Assembly: GCA_045649105.1 (NCBI GenBank)
Contig: JAZRPG010000017.1
Coordinates: 28,006-92,005, forward strand
Origin: Eubacteriales bacterium
Lineage (GTDB): Bacteria > Bacillota > Clostridia > Oscillospirales > JAAYXM01
Length of the DNA stretch: 64,000 nucleotides
Direction: 5' to 3'
This document shows, piece after piece, positions 40,761-49,096 of the stretch. Positions within the stretch are counted from its first letter, which is position 1; each line of letters starts with the position of its first letter. A model generated the notes under the pieces. The model was not told the DNA's origin. It searched no databases and was given only the letters and a program-made list of their open reading frames with translations. A program made the position numbers and the translations under genes.

Positions 40761-42068
40761 TTATGGGTCGAGGATTGAGTTTCTTACATCCTGAAGCTGT
40801 GTTTTAAGGTCATTATCCGTCTTGATTCTTTCTTCAAGCGTCTTTATTGCGTGCATAATCGTTGTATGGTCTTTCCCGAAAAACTTTCCTATCTGCGGGA
40901 AGGAGAGATTTGTCATTTCTCTTACCATGTACATTGAAATCTGCCGCGGAATTATAAATTCTTTTGAGCGGTTTTTTGAAAGGAGAGAGTCTGTATCCGT
41001 CTCAAAATATTTTGCAACGGCCTTTACTATGAAATCAGGTGTCGGGTTAATCCACGGATTTTCAGCAAAAATATCACGGATTGCGCGTTCAGTCGTCTCA
41101 AGATTAATATCCTCCGACAAAAGGTCGCGATAAGCAAGAAGCTTATTGACAGTCCCCTCAAGCTGGCGGACGTTTGCAGTAACATTGTTTGCGATAATCT
41201 CCTTCTGACCGACTGAGAGGTTTAGCCCGAGCTTTGACGCCTTAAGGCTTACAATCGCCATTCTCGTCTCAAAATCAGGCGGCTGGATATCTGCCATAAG
41301 CCCCCATTCAAAACGCGTTCTTAAACGCTCCTCAAGCGTCGGCATGTCCATCGGAAGACGGTCCGAGGTGAGTACTATCTGGCGCTTTGATTCGTAAAGC
41401 GCATTAAATGTATGGAAAAACTCCTCCTGGGTACTGTTTTTTCCTGCAATGAACTGAATATCGTCGACAAGGAGAATGTCGGAATTGCGGTACTTATCGC
41501 GGAATTCTACAAGAGTTCTGTTCTGGAGAGCAGCGATAAGCTCGTTTGTAAACTCCTCACCCTTGACATATGTTATTTTCTTTTTCGGGTCCGTTTTTCG
41601 TATGGTGCCTGCAATTGCATAGAGAAGGTGCGTTTTCCCGAGTCCGCTTCCGCCGTAGATAAGGAGCGGGTTGTATGAAGACGCAGGCGCCGTAGCAACA
41701 GCGCGGGCGGCAGCATGCGCAAATTTGTTTGACTCGCCGACAACGAAGCTCTCAAAGGAAAATTCCTCGCTCTCATAAGGCGCCGCGGTGCTTTTCTGCG
41801 GTGCCTCTGCAAGCTCGCTTTCCGTCAGAAGAGTAAACTTCATCGGGGCTGAAAAAAGAGCAAGCAGAGCTTTTTCTATCTTATCGGAATGGAGGCGAAG
41901 AATAACATCGCGCTTAAAATCCGCGGGCGTGGCCAGAAGAAGAGTGTCATTTTCAAGGGACACTGCGCGCGTGTCGTTAAACCATGTGCTGATGGTCGTT
42001 CCGCTCATTCCGAGGTCATTTCTCATTATCTCAATAACGCTTTCCCAAACATCGGCAGCGTTGTTCAT
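40761..42068 (-). CDS. dnaA: chromosomal replication initiator protein DnaA
   Basis: 435 aa, YNPLLIYGGSGLGKTHLL (Walker A), LLVDDIQF, and the C-terminal DNA-binding domain ...FPQIGKFFGKDHTTIMHA. Confidence 0.95.
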   Translation of the reverse strand: MNNAADVWESVIEIMRNDLGMSGTTISTWFNDTRAVSLENDTLLLATPADFKRDVILRLHSDKIEKALLALFSAPMKFTLLTESELAEAPQKSTAAPYESEEFSFESFVVGESNKFAHAAARAVATAPASSYNPLLIYGGSGLGKTHLLYAIAGTIRKTDPKKKITYVKGEEFTNELIAALQNRTLVEFRDKYRNSDILLVDDIQFIAGKNSTQEEFFHTFNALYESKRQIVLTSDRLPMDMPTLEERLRTRFEWGLMADIQPPDFETRMAIVSLKASKLGLNLSVGQKEIIANNVTANVRQLEGTVNKLLAYRDLLSEDINLETTERAIRDIFAENPWINPTPDFIVKAVAKYFETDTDSLLSKNRSKEFIIPRQISMYMVREMTNLSFPQIGKFFGKDHTTIMHAIKTLEERIKTDNDLKTQLQDVRNSILDP

Positions 42069-42235
42069 ATGTACAATCCCCCACTTATAAAAATGCTTAT
42101 TTTATTATAACAGAAAAATTTAAAAAAGTAAACGGGTCGGAGCGATTATTTACATATATAATTATAAAGAAAAAAGAAGACGGAGCCCGCAAGGCGGGAA
42201 AAAACACAAAAAAGGAGGCAAATTAAAAAAAACAG

Positions 42236-42265
42236 TTGACATATTGAGCTGTTTCATTTTATAAT
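42236..42265 (+). promoter_or_regulatory. sigma-A promoter for rpmH-rnpA operon
   Basis: TTGACA (42236-42241), 18 nt, TATAAT (42260-42265). Confidence 0.6.
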
Positions 42266-42372
42266 GTGTAATGACACTATGTCGGATGTTGCGGCTAACG
42301 CCGGCGGCTCGGTTTTTATTTTAAGAGCTTTTTCGGCGGTGTTCATATTAAAACTACAGCGGAGGTGTAACT

Positions 42373-42507
42373 ATGGTACGCACATTTCAGCCTAAGAAAA
42401 GGCATCTCTCAAAGGTGCATGGTTTTCGTAAAAGAATGAGCACAAGAAACGGAAGAAAAGTTTTGTCGGCTCGCCGTACAAAGGGCAGAGACAGGATTTC
42501 TCACTAA
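42373..42507 (+). CDS. rpmH: 50S ribosomal protein L34
   Basis: Hand translation gives [53 protein letters not shown] upstream. At 44 aa it is below the ORF-track cutoff. Confidence 0.9.
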   Translation: MVRTFQPKKRHLSKVHGFRKRMSTRNGRKVLSARRTKGRDRISH

Positions 42508-42721
42508 GTAATGGGGCGGCGCGGAAGGAAAAACCCCGCGCCGTAAGAGAAAAGACAGGATGTCGGCGGCATGTGATGATATTGCCGGTGCGGAGCAGAT
42601 GGGGATGCAAAAAAGGCGGGGTCGCCCGCAGGCACGTTGCTTTTTATAAGGCCGTGTGTGTTTGCATATCCCTCGCCGTAGCCCATGTCGTCACTGCTTT
42701 TCTTTTATCGGAGATTTTTTC

Positions 42722-43060
42722 ATGAAGTACACAGAGTCATTAAAAAAGAACAGAGACTTCAGGTTTATCTACAAGCGCGGAAAAAGCGAAGTTTCTCCCG
42801 TGCTCGCAGTGTATGTGCGCAAAACGCGCAGTGAGAAAAACCACATCGGTATTACGGTCAGCACAAAGGTTGGAAAAGCCGTTGTCAGAAACCGTGTCCG
42901 CCGCCGCATTCGCGAGGCGTACAGACTTAATGAGTCTCGCTTTGAAACGGGCAGGGATATAATAATTGTCGCCCGTGTCCGCGCCGCGCATTCTTCTTTT
43001 TCGGAGATTGAGGCGGCCCTTTTATCACTCGCGGAGAAGCTGGGGCTCATAAGGAGCTGA
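42722..43060 (+). CDS. rnpA: ribonuclease P protein component
   Basis: [32 protein letters not shown]...[17 protein letters not shown] 42722 follows GGAGA. The track ORF start (42656) is an upstream extension. Confidence 0.85.
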   Translation: MKYTESLKKNRDFRFIYKRGKSEVSPVLAVYVRKTRSEKNHIGITVSTKVGKAVVRNRVRRRIREAYRLNESRFETGRDIIIVARVRAAHSSFSEIEAALLSLAEKLGLIRS

Positions 43061-43064
43061 TTTA

Positions 43065-43280
43065 ATGGCAGCAAGAGCGATTATCGGATTAATAAAAATA
43101 TACCGGCGCCAAATTTCGCCGGCAAAGCCTCCGTGCTGTCGGTTTACGCCGACCTGCTCGCAGTATGCAATAGAGGCACTTCACAAATACGGAGCATTAA
43201 AGGGCGGGTATCTTGCATTTCGCAGGCTTTTAAGATGCCACCCGTTATCACATAAAAGCGGATATGACCCGGTCCCGTAA
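43065..43280 (+). CDS. yidD: membrane protein insertion efficiency factor YidD
   Basis: 71 aa, [35 protein letters not shown]. Confidence 0.85.
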   Translation: MAARAIIGLIKIYRRQISPAKPPCCRFTPTCSQYAIEALHKYGALKGGYLAFRRLLRCHPLSHKSGYDPVP

Positions 43281-43341
43281 GAGAATCGGGGTTTTTACAC
43301 GGACAAATCCGCAAAAACAGGATTGTTGAAAGGGGCAGCAA

Positions 43342-44217
43342 ATGTTTAATGCATTAATAGTACAGCCGTTTGGCTGGGTCCTTCGCCAGTGCTTTAATAT
43401 TGTCGGCTCATATGGCGTTGCGCTCATTATCTTCACGATTTTTGCAAAGCTTATCCTTCTTCCCTTCCAGATGAAGAGCAAGAAAAGCATGATGGATATG
43501 CAGCGTATCCAGCCCAAGCTTAAGGAGCTTGAAAACAAGTATAAAAATGACAAGGAGCGCTATGCGCAGGAGGTTCAGAAGCTCTATAAGAAGGAGAATG
43601 TCTCAATGTTTGGCGGCTGCCTTCCGCTTCTTATTACCCTGCCTGTCATGATAGGGCTTTATTCCGTTGTGCGTCAGCCGCTGACATACATTCTCGGTCT
43701 CTCGGCAGAGCAGATTACGGCAATAGCAGAGGCGATGAAGGAAGCAGGCGCCGCAATAAATATTTCAAGGGGATACATGACGGAGCTTAATGTTGCATCG
43801 CTTTTAGGTCAGTATCAGTCCGTTGCAGAAGCCGTTGTTCCCGGAATCGGGCATATTGACTTTTTCTTCCTCGGGCTTGACCTTGCGGCGATTCCGAACT
43901 TTAAGTATATCACTCCTCTTTGGATAATCCCGATTGTTTCGGGAATTACATCTTATTTATACTCCTGGATTACGAAAAAGAGCCAGGGGACCCAGTCTGC
44001 GGCAAACCAGCCCGGCATGAACGGAATGATGAATATCATGATGCCGCTTATGTCGGTATATATCGCATTTGTCGTTCCCGCAGGCCTTGGTTTTTACTGG
44101 ATAATAAGCAATATTTTGTCAGCAGCTCAGGAGCCGTTGCTGACTGTATATTATAAGAAAAAGCAGGAAAAGGCGCTGCTTTTGCAAGGAGGAGAAAAGA
44201 ATGGGAAGAAGAATTGA
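43342..44217 (+). CDS. yidC: YidC/Oxa1-family membrane insertase (SpoIIIJ-like)
   Basis: 291 aa, IIFTIFAKLILLPFQMKSKKSMMDMQRIQPKLKELENKY...GGCLPLLITLP. Confidence 0.85.
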   Translation: MFNALIVQPFGWVLRQCFNIVGSYGVALIIFTIFAKLILLPFQMKSKKSMMDMQRIQPKLKELENKYKNDKERYAQEVQKLYKKENVSMFGGCLPLLITLPVMIGLYSVVRQPLTYILGLSAEQITAIAEAMKEAGAAINISRGYMTELNVASLLGQYQSVAEAVVPGIGHIDFFFLGLDLAAIPNFKYITPLWIIPIVSGITSYLYSWITKKSQGTQSAANQPGMNGMMNIMMPLMSVYIAFVVPAGLGFYWIISNILSAAQEPLLTVYYKKKQEKALLLQGGEKNGKKN

Positions 44218-44977
44218 GGTCAGTGCAAAGACCATAGATGACGCGATTGAAAAAGGCCTTTTGCAGCTCGGACTTGAGCGCGAGAGCGTAACGGTAGAGG
44301 TTCTTGAAAACCCGAAATCAGGCTTTCTCGGAATCGGCGGGTCAAATGCAAAGATTCTTATGACAGAGCTTGGCGAGGACGGAGAGCCCCTGCCCGTTGA
44401 CGAGACGGAGAAAATTTCTGAAAAGCCGGCAAAAGAGACCCGCGCTGAAAAGAAAAAGGCAAAAGAAGCCCCGTCATCAGGAGATATGAAGGGTGCACAC
44501 GAGTTTTTGCAGAATGTAGTAAGCTTCATCTGTGAAGACGCACAAATCAAGGAGATTGAGAGAGCTGACGGCACATTAAAGCTCGAGGTTGTCGGTGAAA
44601 GGCTCGGCGGTATAATAGGCCGCCGCGGAGAGACGCTTGACGCGCTTCAGCACCTCGCAAATCTCGTAGAAAACCGCGGCTCAGGCGAGAAGATGCGCGT
44701 TTCGCTCGACGCGGAGAATTACCGCGCAAAGAGAGCAGATTCTCTTGAAAAGTTCGCACGCCGCGCGGCAAATCAGGTTATCAAGTACAAAAGAAGCAAG
44801 ACGCTTGAGCCGATGAACGCCTATGAAAGACATGTAGTGCATGTAGCGCTTCAGGACATGGAGAACATTTCGACAGCCTCAGTCGGAGCAGACCCGAACA
44901 GACGCGTCGTTATCTCCTACGCAGGGCCGGACGCTCCGCGCAGATATAACAACCGCCCGCCGAGAAACAACGCTTAA
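44201..44977 (+). CDS. jag: Jag/KhpB RNA-binding protein (Jag_N, KH, R3H)
   Basis: 258 aa. N-terminus is IEVSAKTIDDAIEKGLLQLG, KH-like segment is IGRRGETLDALQHL, and R3H-like is MNAYERHVVH. It overlaps the yidC end. Confidence 0.85.
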   Translation: MGRRIEVSAKTIDDAIEKGLLQLGLERESVTVEVLENPKSGFLGIGGSNAKILMTELGEDGEPLPVDETEKISEKPAKETRAEKKKAKEAPSSGDMKGAHEFLQNVVSFICEDAQIKEIERADGTLKLEVVGERLGGIIGRRGETLDALQHLANLVENRGSGEKMRVSLDAENYRAKRADSLEKFARRAANQVIKYKRSKTLEPMNAYERHVVHVALQDMENISTASVGADPNRRVVISYAGPDAPRRYNNRPPRNNA

Positions 44978-44988
44978 TAAAAAGTAAC

Positions 44989-45028
44989 AAAAAAAGAAGT
45001 CTCATATGGTGTGACCCCGTGAGGATAG
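44989..45028 (+). repeat. left inverted repeat of island
   Basis: AAAAAAAGAAGTCTCATATGGTGTGACCCCGTGAGGATAG. The reverse complement of 47061-47100 matches 31/40 positions ungapped, with the outer 15 nt identical (hand alignment). Confidence 0.6.
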
Positions 45029-45046
45029 TAAACGGAGCAGTGATTT

Positions 45047-45556
45047 TCACTGCTCCGTTTTGCTATCGTAAAAACAATCTTTTTCCCATCTTAAAACATT
45101 TGTGTCTATGTATTCCCATATTTTTTGATAATCTTTCTCTCCACGAATTATGTGGTCGTTACAAGATGATTGCCATATATTTTCACCATATTCTCTGTTA
45201 CAATATCTTTTTAACAATGACACAAATTTTGAGGTTTCATTATTGTAGGGTGCGGCGGTTTCCGACGCACCGTTTTTGTAATCTGTTATGTTGAGAATTA
45301 AATGAAAATGATTTGGCATAATTACATATTTATCTACTTTGATATATGCATATTTTTTATTCATCAATTTGATATACTTATCAAGAATTACTCCATATTC
45401 GGACAATATTATTTGCGGTGCGTCGAAATCGCCGCACCCTACAATTTTGCCGAGCAACTGTTTTCTGTCTTTTACGCATATTGTGAGAAAATACATTCCC
45501 GGTGTTGAATAATCATATCCGTTTAATCTTGTTGGCTTTCGTTTCGGTAGCTTCAT
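45047..45556 (-). CDS. HUH / Y1 tyrosine transposase-like protein (REP-associated RAYT / IS200-type)
   Basis: 169 aa. The N-terminus is RLNGYDYSTPGMYFLTICVKDRKQLLG, the HUH motif is MPNHFHLIL, and the C-terminal Tyr region is DYQKIWEYIDTN. Codon usage is AT-rich. Confidence 0.7.
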   Translation of the reverse strand: MKLPKRKPTRLNGYDYSTPGMYFLTICVKDRKQLLGKIVGCGDFDAPQIILSEYGVILDKYIKLMNKKYAYIKVDKYVIMPNHFHLILNITDYKNGASETAAPYNNETSKFVSLLKRYCNREYGENIWQSSCNDHIIRGEKDYQKIWEYIDTNVLRWEKDCFYDSKTEQ

Positions 45557-45565
45557 AATATACCC

Positions 45566-45808
45566 TTATTTTATTTCTTGTTCTAAATCATCAAAATCTT
45601 TCGTTGAAAAGAATTCTCCTAATGTTATTTCTAATCCGTCGCAAAATTTCTTGATTGTTCTTATAGAAACATCTCTACGCGATTTATCCATCATACTATA
45701 TGCAGTTGACGGTGTCACACCTGATACATTTGCAAGTTCATTTATTCGCATATTTCTTTCTGCACAAAGCTCAGCAAACCTTTTTACTATTACATCTTTT
45801 ATATCCAT
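45566..45808 (-). CDS. XRE-family helix-turn-helix transcriptional regulator
   Basis: MDIKDVIVKRFAELCAERNMRINELANVSGVTPSTAYSMMDKSRRDVSIRTIKKFCDGLEITLGEFF. It lies 9 nt upstream of the HUH gene, so the two are probably an operon. Confidence 0.75.
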   Translation of the reverse strand: MDIKDVIVKRFAELCAERNMRINELANVSGVTPSTAYSMMDKSRRDVSIRTIKKFCDGLEITLGEFFSTKDFDDLEQEIK

Positions 45809-45852
45809 TTTAAAACACCTCATGAGGATATTTTAAAATAATTTACATTCGT

Positions 45853-45893
45853 GCGTATACGCGCTTGCGTAATCCATAAATATATGTTATACT
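45853..45893 (+). promoter_or_regulatory. candidate operator plus promoter of the 333-aa gene
   Basis: A perfect 10-bp palindrome GCGTATACGC (45853-45862) sits in an AT-rich background, with TGCGTA repeated 14 nt apart. The promoter reads TTGCGT (45865-45870), 17 nt, TATACT (45888-45893). Confidence 0.4.
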
Positions 45894-45913
45894 TTGAAAA
45901 AGGAGTGATATTT

Positions 45914-46915
45914 ATGCAATTTTGGGAATTAATCAACAAGGGCGTTGACTATTACGAAAGAGGAATGAATGATTACGAAGAAAAATATTTTGCCGAAGCA
46001 AAATGTTTACGAAAAGATGCCGAATATTTGATAGGCGTTATTCATTCGACCAGAAATTTTAAAACAATGTTTGAATGTACATACGATGAAGATACAGCGA
46101 CAATATTTAATTCTTATTTTACTGTAATAAATTATACTGTAAAAGCTTATGACGAAGGGAGTATAGAAAGAGATATATGCGAATACATATTAAGTAAAAT
46201 GTTGGATTTAAAAGCTATGTTTTTAAAATCAGTAAAATCACATCTTTGGCTTTTGACAGGAGAACAAGATGATTCAGCAAAAGTAGTCAAAATGTATGAT
46301 GATTTCAAGAAATATTTACAAATAAACAAGAAAAAATTGATTAGTGCTTTTAATGAATTTAATAGAGTAGTAGATATAAAGTTGACAGAATATGATATAG
46401 ACTTGTTAACTGCATGGTGTTATATAATCATTTTAAACGATTATGAGTCATCTGGAAGTATTGATAATGGATATGTGGCTAGAACAAGTGGTATTCAATG
46501 GGATAAAACATTTTCTTCATCACAAACACGAATTGAACGGGATATTGAAATGGTAACATATCGTATGCCTAGATTGATGCTTATATGTTATGATGAAGAA
46601 GAATATCGAAAAGAATATATTAAAGAATTTAGAACCATATTGCAAAAGTGTGGAGTTGCAGAAAAAGATGTTATAAAGTTTCAAAAAGACTTTTCTAAAA
46701 AAGTTTTTGCGTATGACACGGATGATTATAAACAATATTTATCATTTGAACCATTTATCAACGATAATATATTAGAAAACAAAAACGGTTGCAGAAAGTA
46801 TATCATATATTTTATTCCAATTGTTGGTCCAATATATATAATATACAAAATAATAAGTTATTGGGTTAAAACAATTAAGGAATATATAAAGGTACTATTT
46901 GATGCTTTCAAATAA
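45914..46915 (+). CDS. hypothetical 333-aa protein with single C-terminal TM helix (no recognisable domain)
   Basis: ATG 45914 follows AAAGGAGTG. The protein MQFWELINKGVDYYERGMNDYEEKYFAEAK... is acidic/basic, helical-looking and rich in Y/K/E/D/I. The C-terminus is KYIIYFIPIVGPIYIIYKIISYWV. The track start 45851 is an upstream extension. Confidence 0.6.
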   Translation: MQFWELINKGVDYYERGMNDYEEKYFAEAKCLRKDAEYLIGVIHSTRNFKTMFECTYDEDTATIFNSYFTVINYTVKAYDEGSIERDICEYILSKMLDLKAMFLKSVKSHLWLLTGEQDDSAKVVKMYDDFKKYLQINKKKLISAFNEFNRVVDIKLTEYDIDLLTAWCYIIILNDYESSGSIDNGYVARTSGIQWDKTFSSSQTRIERDIEMVTYRMPRLMLICYDEEEYRKEYIKEFRTILQKCGVAEKDVIKFQKDFSKKVFAYDTDDYKQYLSFEPFINDNILENKNGCRKYIIYFIPIVGPIYIIYKIISYWVKTIKEYIKVLFDAFK

Positions 46916-47017
46916 TATGTCCGGTACTGTAACAAGCAGGGAAGATGTGTAGCATCTTCCGAAAATTTAGGATATCCTAAGACCTTATATAACGGGCGAT
47001 TCGTGAATAGCCCGTAC

Positions 47018-47054
47018 AAAAAAGGCTGAACGATCGATTTCGTTCAGCCTTTTA
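47018..47054 (+). terminator. rho-independent terminator inside right end of island
   Basis: AGGCTGAACG-ATCGATTT-CGTTCAGCCT followed by TTT. Confidence 0.7.
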
Positions 47055-47060
47055 ACATTA

Positions 47061-47100
47061 CTGTCCTTAAGGGTACACCTCTTACGAGACTTCTTTTTTT
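47061..47100 (-). repeat. right inverted repeat of island
   Basis: The reverse complement reads AAAAAAAGAAGTCTCGTAAGAGGTGTACCCTTAAGGACAG. It ends at the base before the mntP stop codon. Confidence 0.6.
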
Positions 47101-47673
47101 CTAAAATATTTCTAAATGCTCAAGCAGGATTTTGATGCCGAGGATTACAAGGATTGCACCGCCTGCAATCTGGGCCTTTTTTTCAAACCGGCTTCCGAAT
47201 ACGCTCCCTGTTTTCACTCCGACAGCGGAAAGAACAAAGGTTATAACTCCAATAACACATATTGCGCCCCAGATATTCACTTCGCCCGTCATCGCAAGAG
47301 ATATGCCGACCGCAAGCGCGTCTACAGATGTTGCAACTGCCATTGCAAGCATTGTTTTTGCGGAAAAATCCGCCGCCTTTTCACAGTCGCAATCGCTATC
47401 GTCTGAAAAAGCGTCTTTTAACATGTTTGCGCCGATAAAGAAAAGGAGAAGGAATGCCACCCAGTGGTCAAAGGCAACTATCTGCCGTGCAAACAAGCTG
47501 CCGAGGAAGAACCCCAGAAGCGGCATCAGCGCCTGAAACCCGCCAAACCAGAGTCCGCATTTCGCCATATTTTTAATCCCCGCATTTTTTGCAGACAAGC
47601 CCTTGCACACAGAAACGGCAAAAGCGTCCATGCTAAGCCCGAGCCCGAGCAGGGAGAGCTCAATAAAACCCAT
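47101..47673 (-). CDS. mntP: manganese efflux pump MntP
   Basis: 190 aa, LLGLGLSMDAFAVSV...ATSVDALAVGISLA. This is the duplicated DUF204 motif typical of MntP. Confidence 0.85.
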   Translation of the reverse strand: MGFIELSLLGLGLSMDAFAVSVCKGLSAKNAGIKNMAKCGLWFGGFQALMPLLGFFLGSLFARQIVAFDHWVAFLLLFFIGANMLKDAFSDDSDCDCEKAADFSAKTMLAMAVATSVDALAVGISLAMTGEVNIWGAICVIGVITFVLSAVGVKTGSVFGSRFEKKAQIAGGAILVILGIKILLEHLEIF

Positions 47674-47803
47674 ATATGTAACCCTCTGCTTTCGATATTT
47701 GTATTTATTCTAACACAGTTCGCTGTTTTCGGCAACAGTGAGGGTGTGGAGCAGGTCTCACTCCACACCCTTTGTTACTCGAAAGAAATTTATTTTGCGC
47801 TGA

Positions 47804-49090
47804 TTACGCCTCAATTTTTGTCTTTCCGCCCATGTATTTCTGCAAAACCTCGGGGATATCAATGCTTCCGTCGCTGTTCTGGTAGTTTTCGAGAATAGCC
47901 GCAACCGTCCGTCCTACGGCAACGCCGGAGCCGTTGAGCGTGTGGAGGAGGCGCGCCTTCTCGCCCTTTGCGCCTCTGAAGCGGATAGACGCGCGGCGAG
48001 CCTGGAAATCCTCGAAATTTGAGCAGGAGGATATTTCGAGGTATCTGTCATAGGACGGCATCCAGACCTCAATATCATACGTTTTTGCGGACGAGAAGCC
48101 AAGGTCACCCGCGCAGAGGCAAACTACGCGGTACGGAAGGCCGAGAGCCTTAAGCACATGCTCTGCATCGTTTGTGAGAGACTCAAGCTCGTCATATGAT
48201 GTCTCGGGGTTTGCAAACTTTACAAGCTCAACCTTATTAAACTGATGCTGACGGATAAGTCCGCGTGTATCACGGCCTGCGCTTCCCGCCTCTGCGCGGA
48301 AGCAAGCGGAGTATGCGCAGTATTTAAGCGGAAGTGCCTCGCCGTCAAGTATATCGTCGCGGTACATGTTTGTAACGGGAACCTCTGCTGTCGGAATGAG
48401 GAAATAGTCCTCGTTTTCGAGGTGGAATGCGTCCTCCTCAAACTTCGGGAGCTGGCCTGTGCCCGTCATTGATGCCCTGTTTACCATGTACGGCGGAAAA
48501 ACCTCTGTATACCCGCGCGAGGTGTGTGTGTCAAGATAGAAGTTTATAACTGCGCGCTCAAGCGCCGCGCCTGCGCCCTTATAAAAATGGAAGCGTGCGC
48601 CGGTAACCTTTGCGGCAGTTGTCGGGTCAAGAATTCCGAGCTCTTCGCCGAGGTCCCAGTGCGCTTTGGGCGCAAAGTCGAAGCTGCGAGGATTTCCTAC
48701 GCGGCGAATCTCAAGGTTTGATTCTGAATCAAGCCCGTCGGGAATTTCGTCATTTGGCGTGTTCGGAAGAACGAGAATGGCGGCGTTAAGCGAGGTTTCA
48801 ACATCGCGGAGGGCACCGTCAAGCTCTTTAATCTCGTCTGCAAGCTTCTTCATCTCAGCGAAAACAGCAGTTGTGTCCTCCCCTGCCTTCTTCATGGCGG
48901 GGATTTTTTTTGAAACAGCGTTTTGCTCTGCCTTTATTGTCTCGCCCCTGCCGATTATTTCGCGTCTGCGTGAGTCAAGCTCAAGCACGCGGTCAATATC
49001 TGCCGAGTAGTCCTTGTTTCTGCGCGCGAGTGCGGCCTTTATCTTTTCGGGGTTTTCTCTGATTGCTTTTATGTCGAGCATTGGTTTCAC
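47804..49090 (-). CDS. serS: serine--tRNA ligase
   Basis: 428 aa with an N-terminal coiled coil ([21 protein letters not shown]) and class II motifs ([30 protein letters not shown]). Confidence 0.95.
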   Translation of the reverse strand: MKPMLDIKAIRENPEKIKAALARRNKDYSADIDRVLELDSRRREIIGRGETIKAEQNAVSKKIPAMKKAGEDTTAVFAEMKKLADEIKELDGALRDVETSLNAAILVLPNTPNDEIPDGLDSESNLEIRRVGNPRSFDFAPKAHWDLGEELGILDPTTAAKVTGARFHFYKGAGAALERAVINFYLDTHTSRGYTEVFPPYMVNRASMTGTGQLPKFEEDAFHLENEDYFLIPTAEVPVTNMYRDDILDGEALPLKYCAYSACFRAEAGSAGRDTRGLIRQHQFNKVELVKFANPETSYDELESLTNDAEHVLKALGLPYRVVCLCAGDLGFSSAKTYDIEVWMPSYDRYLEISSCSNFEDFQARRASIRFRGAKGEKARLLHTLNGSGVAVGRTVAAILENYQNSDGSIDIPEVLQKYMGGKTKIEA

Positions 49091-49096
49091 TTTCCT

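Larger units (their letters stand above)
44989..47100. mobile_element. AT-rich 2.1-kb island bounded by 40-nt imperfect inverted repeats (RAYT/IS200-like HUH gene plus cargo)
   Basis: There is an abrupt drop in GC relative to both flanks. Inverted repeats sit at both ends, with internal terminators just inside each end. The island fills the jag/mntP convergent gap exactly. Confidence 0.5.

Noticed and set aside
42069-42372. Second DnaA-box cluster upstream of dnaA (bipartite origin)
   Set aside because: By eye, no 9-mer is within one mismatch of TTATCCACA. The best candidate is TTATTTACA (about 42146) with two mismatches. The region is better explained by the rpmH promoter and leader.
45019-45508. 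Plus-strand ORFs 45019..45294 and 45302..45508, and minus-strand ORFs 46147..46329 and 46520..46735, inside the island
   Set aside because: They are antisense shadows of the HUH gene and the 333-aa gene. AT-rich sequence gives long Ile/Phe/Lys/Asn-rich frames by chance, and none has an SD.
46940-46980. Hairpin GGAAGATG-TGTAG-CATCTTCC and 14-bp palindrome TTAGGATATCCTAA as IS200/IS605-style subterminal transposase recognition hairpins
   Set aside because: They have no counterpart of similar sequence at the left end near the HUH gene, so their assignment as LE/RE hairpins is unsupported. They are kept only as unexplained structures within the island 3' region.
47674-47803. yybP-ykoY manganese riboswitch upstream of mntP
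   Set aside because: No GGGGAGUAGC or UUGACA-type conserved cores were found. The only strong structure (47741-47771) is better explained as the stem-loop downstream of serS.
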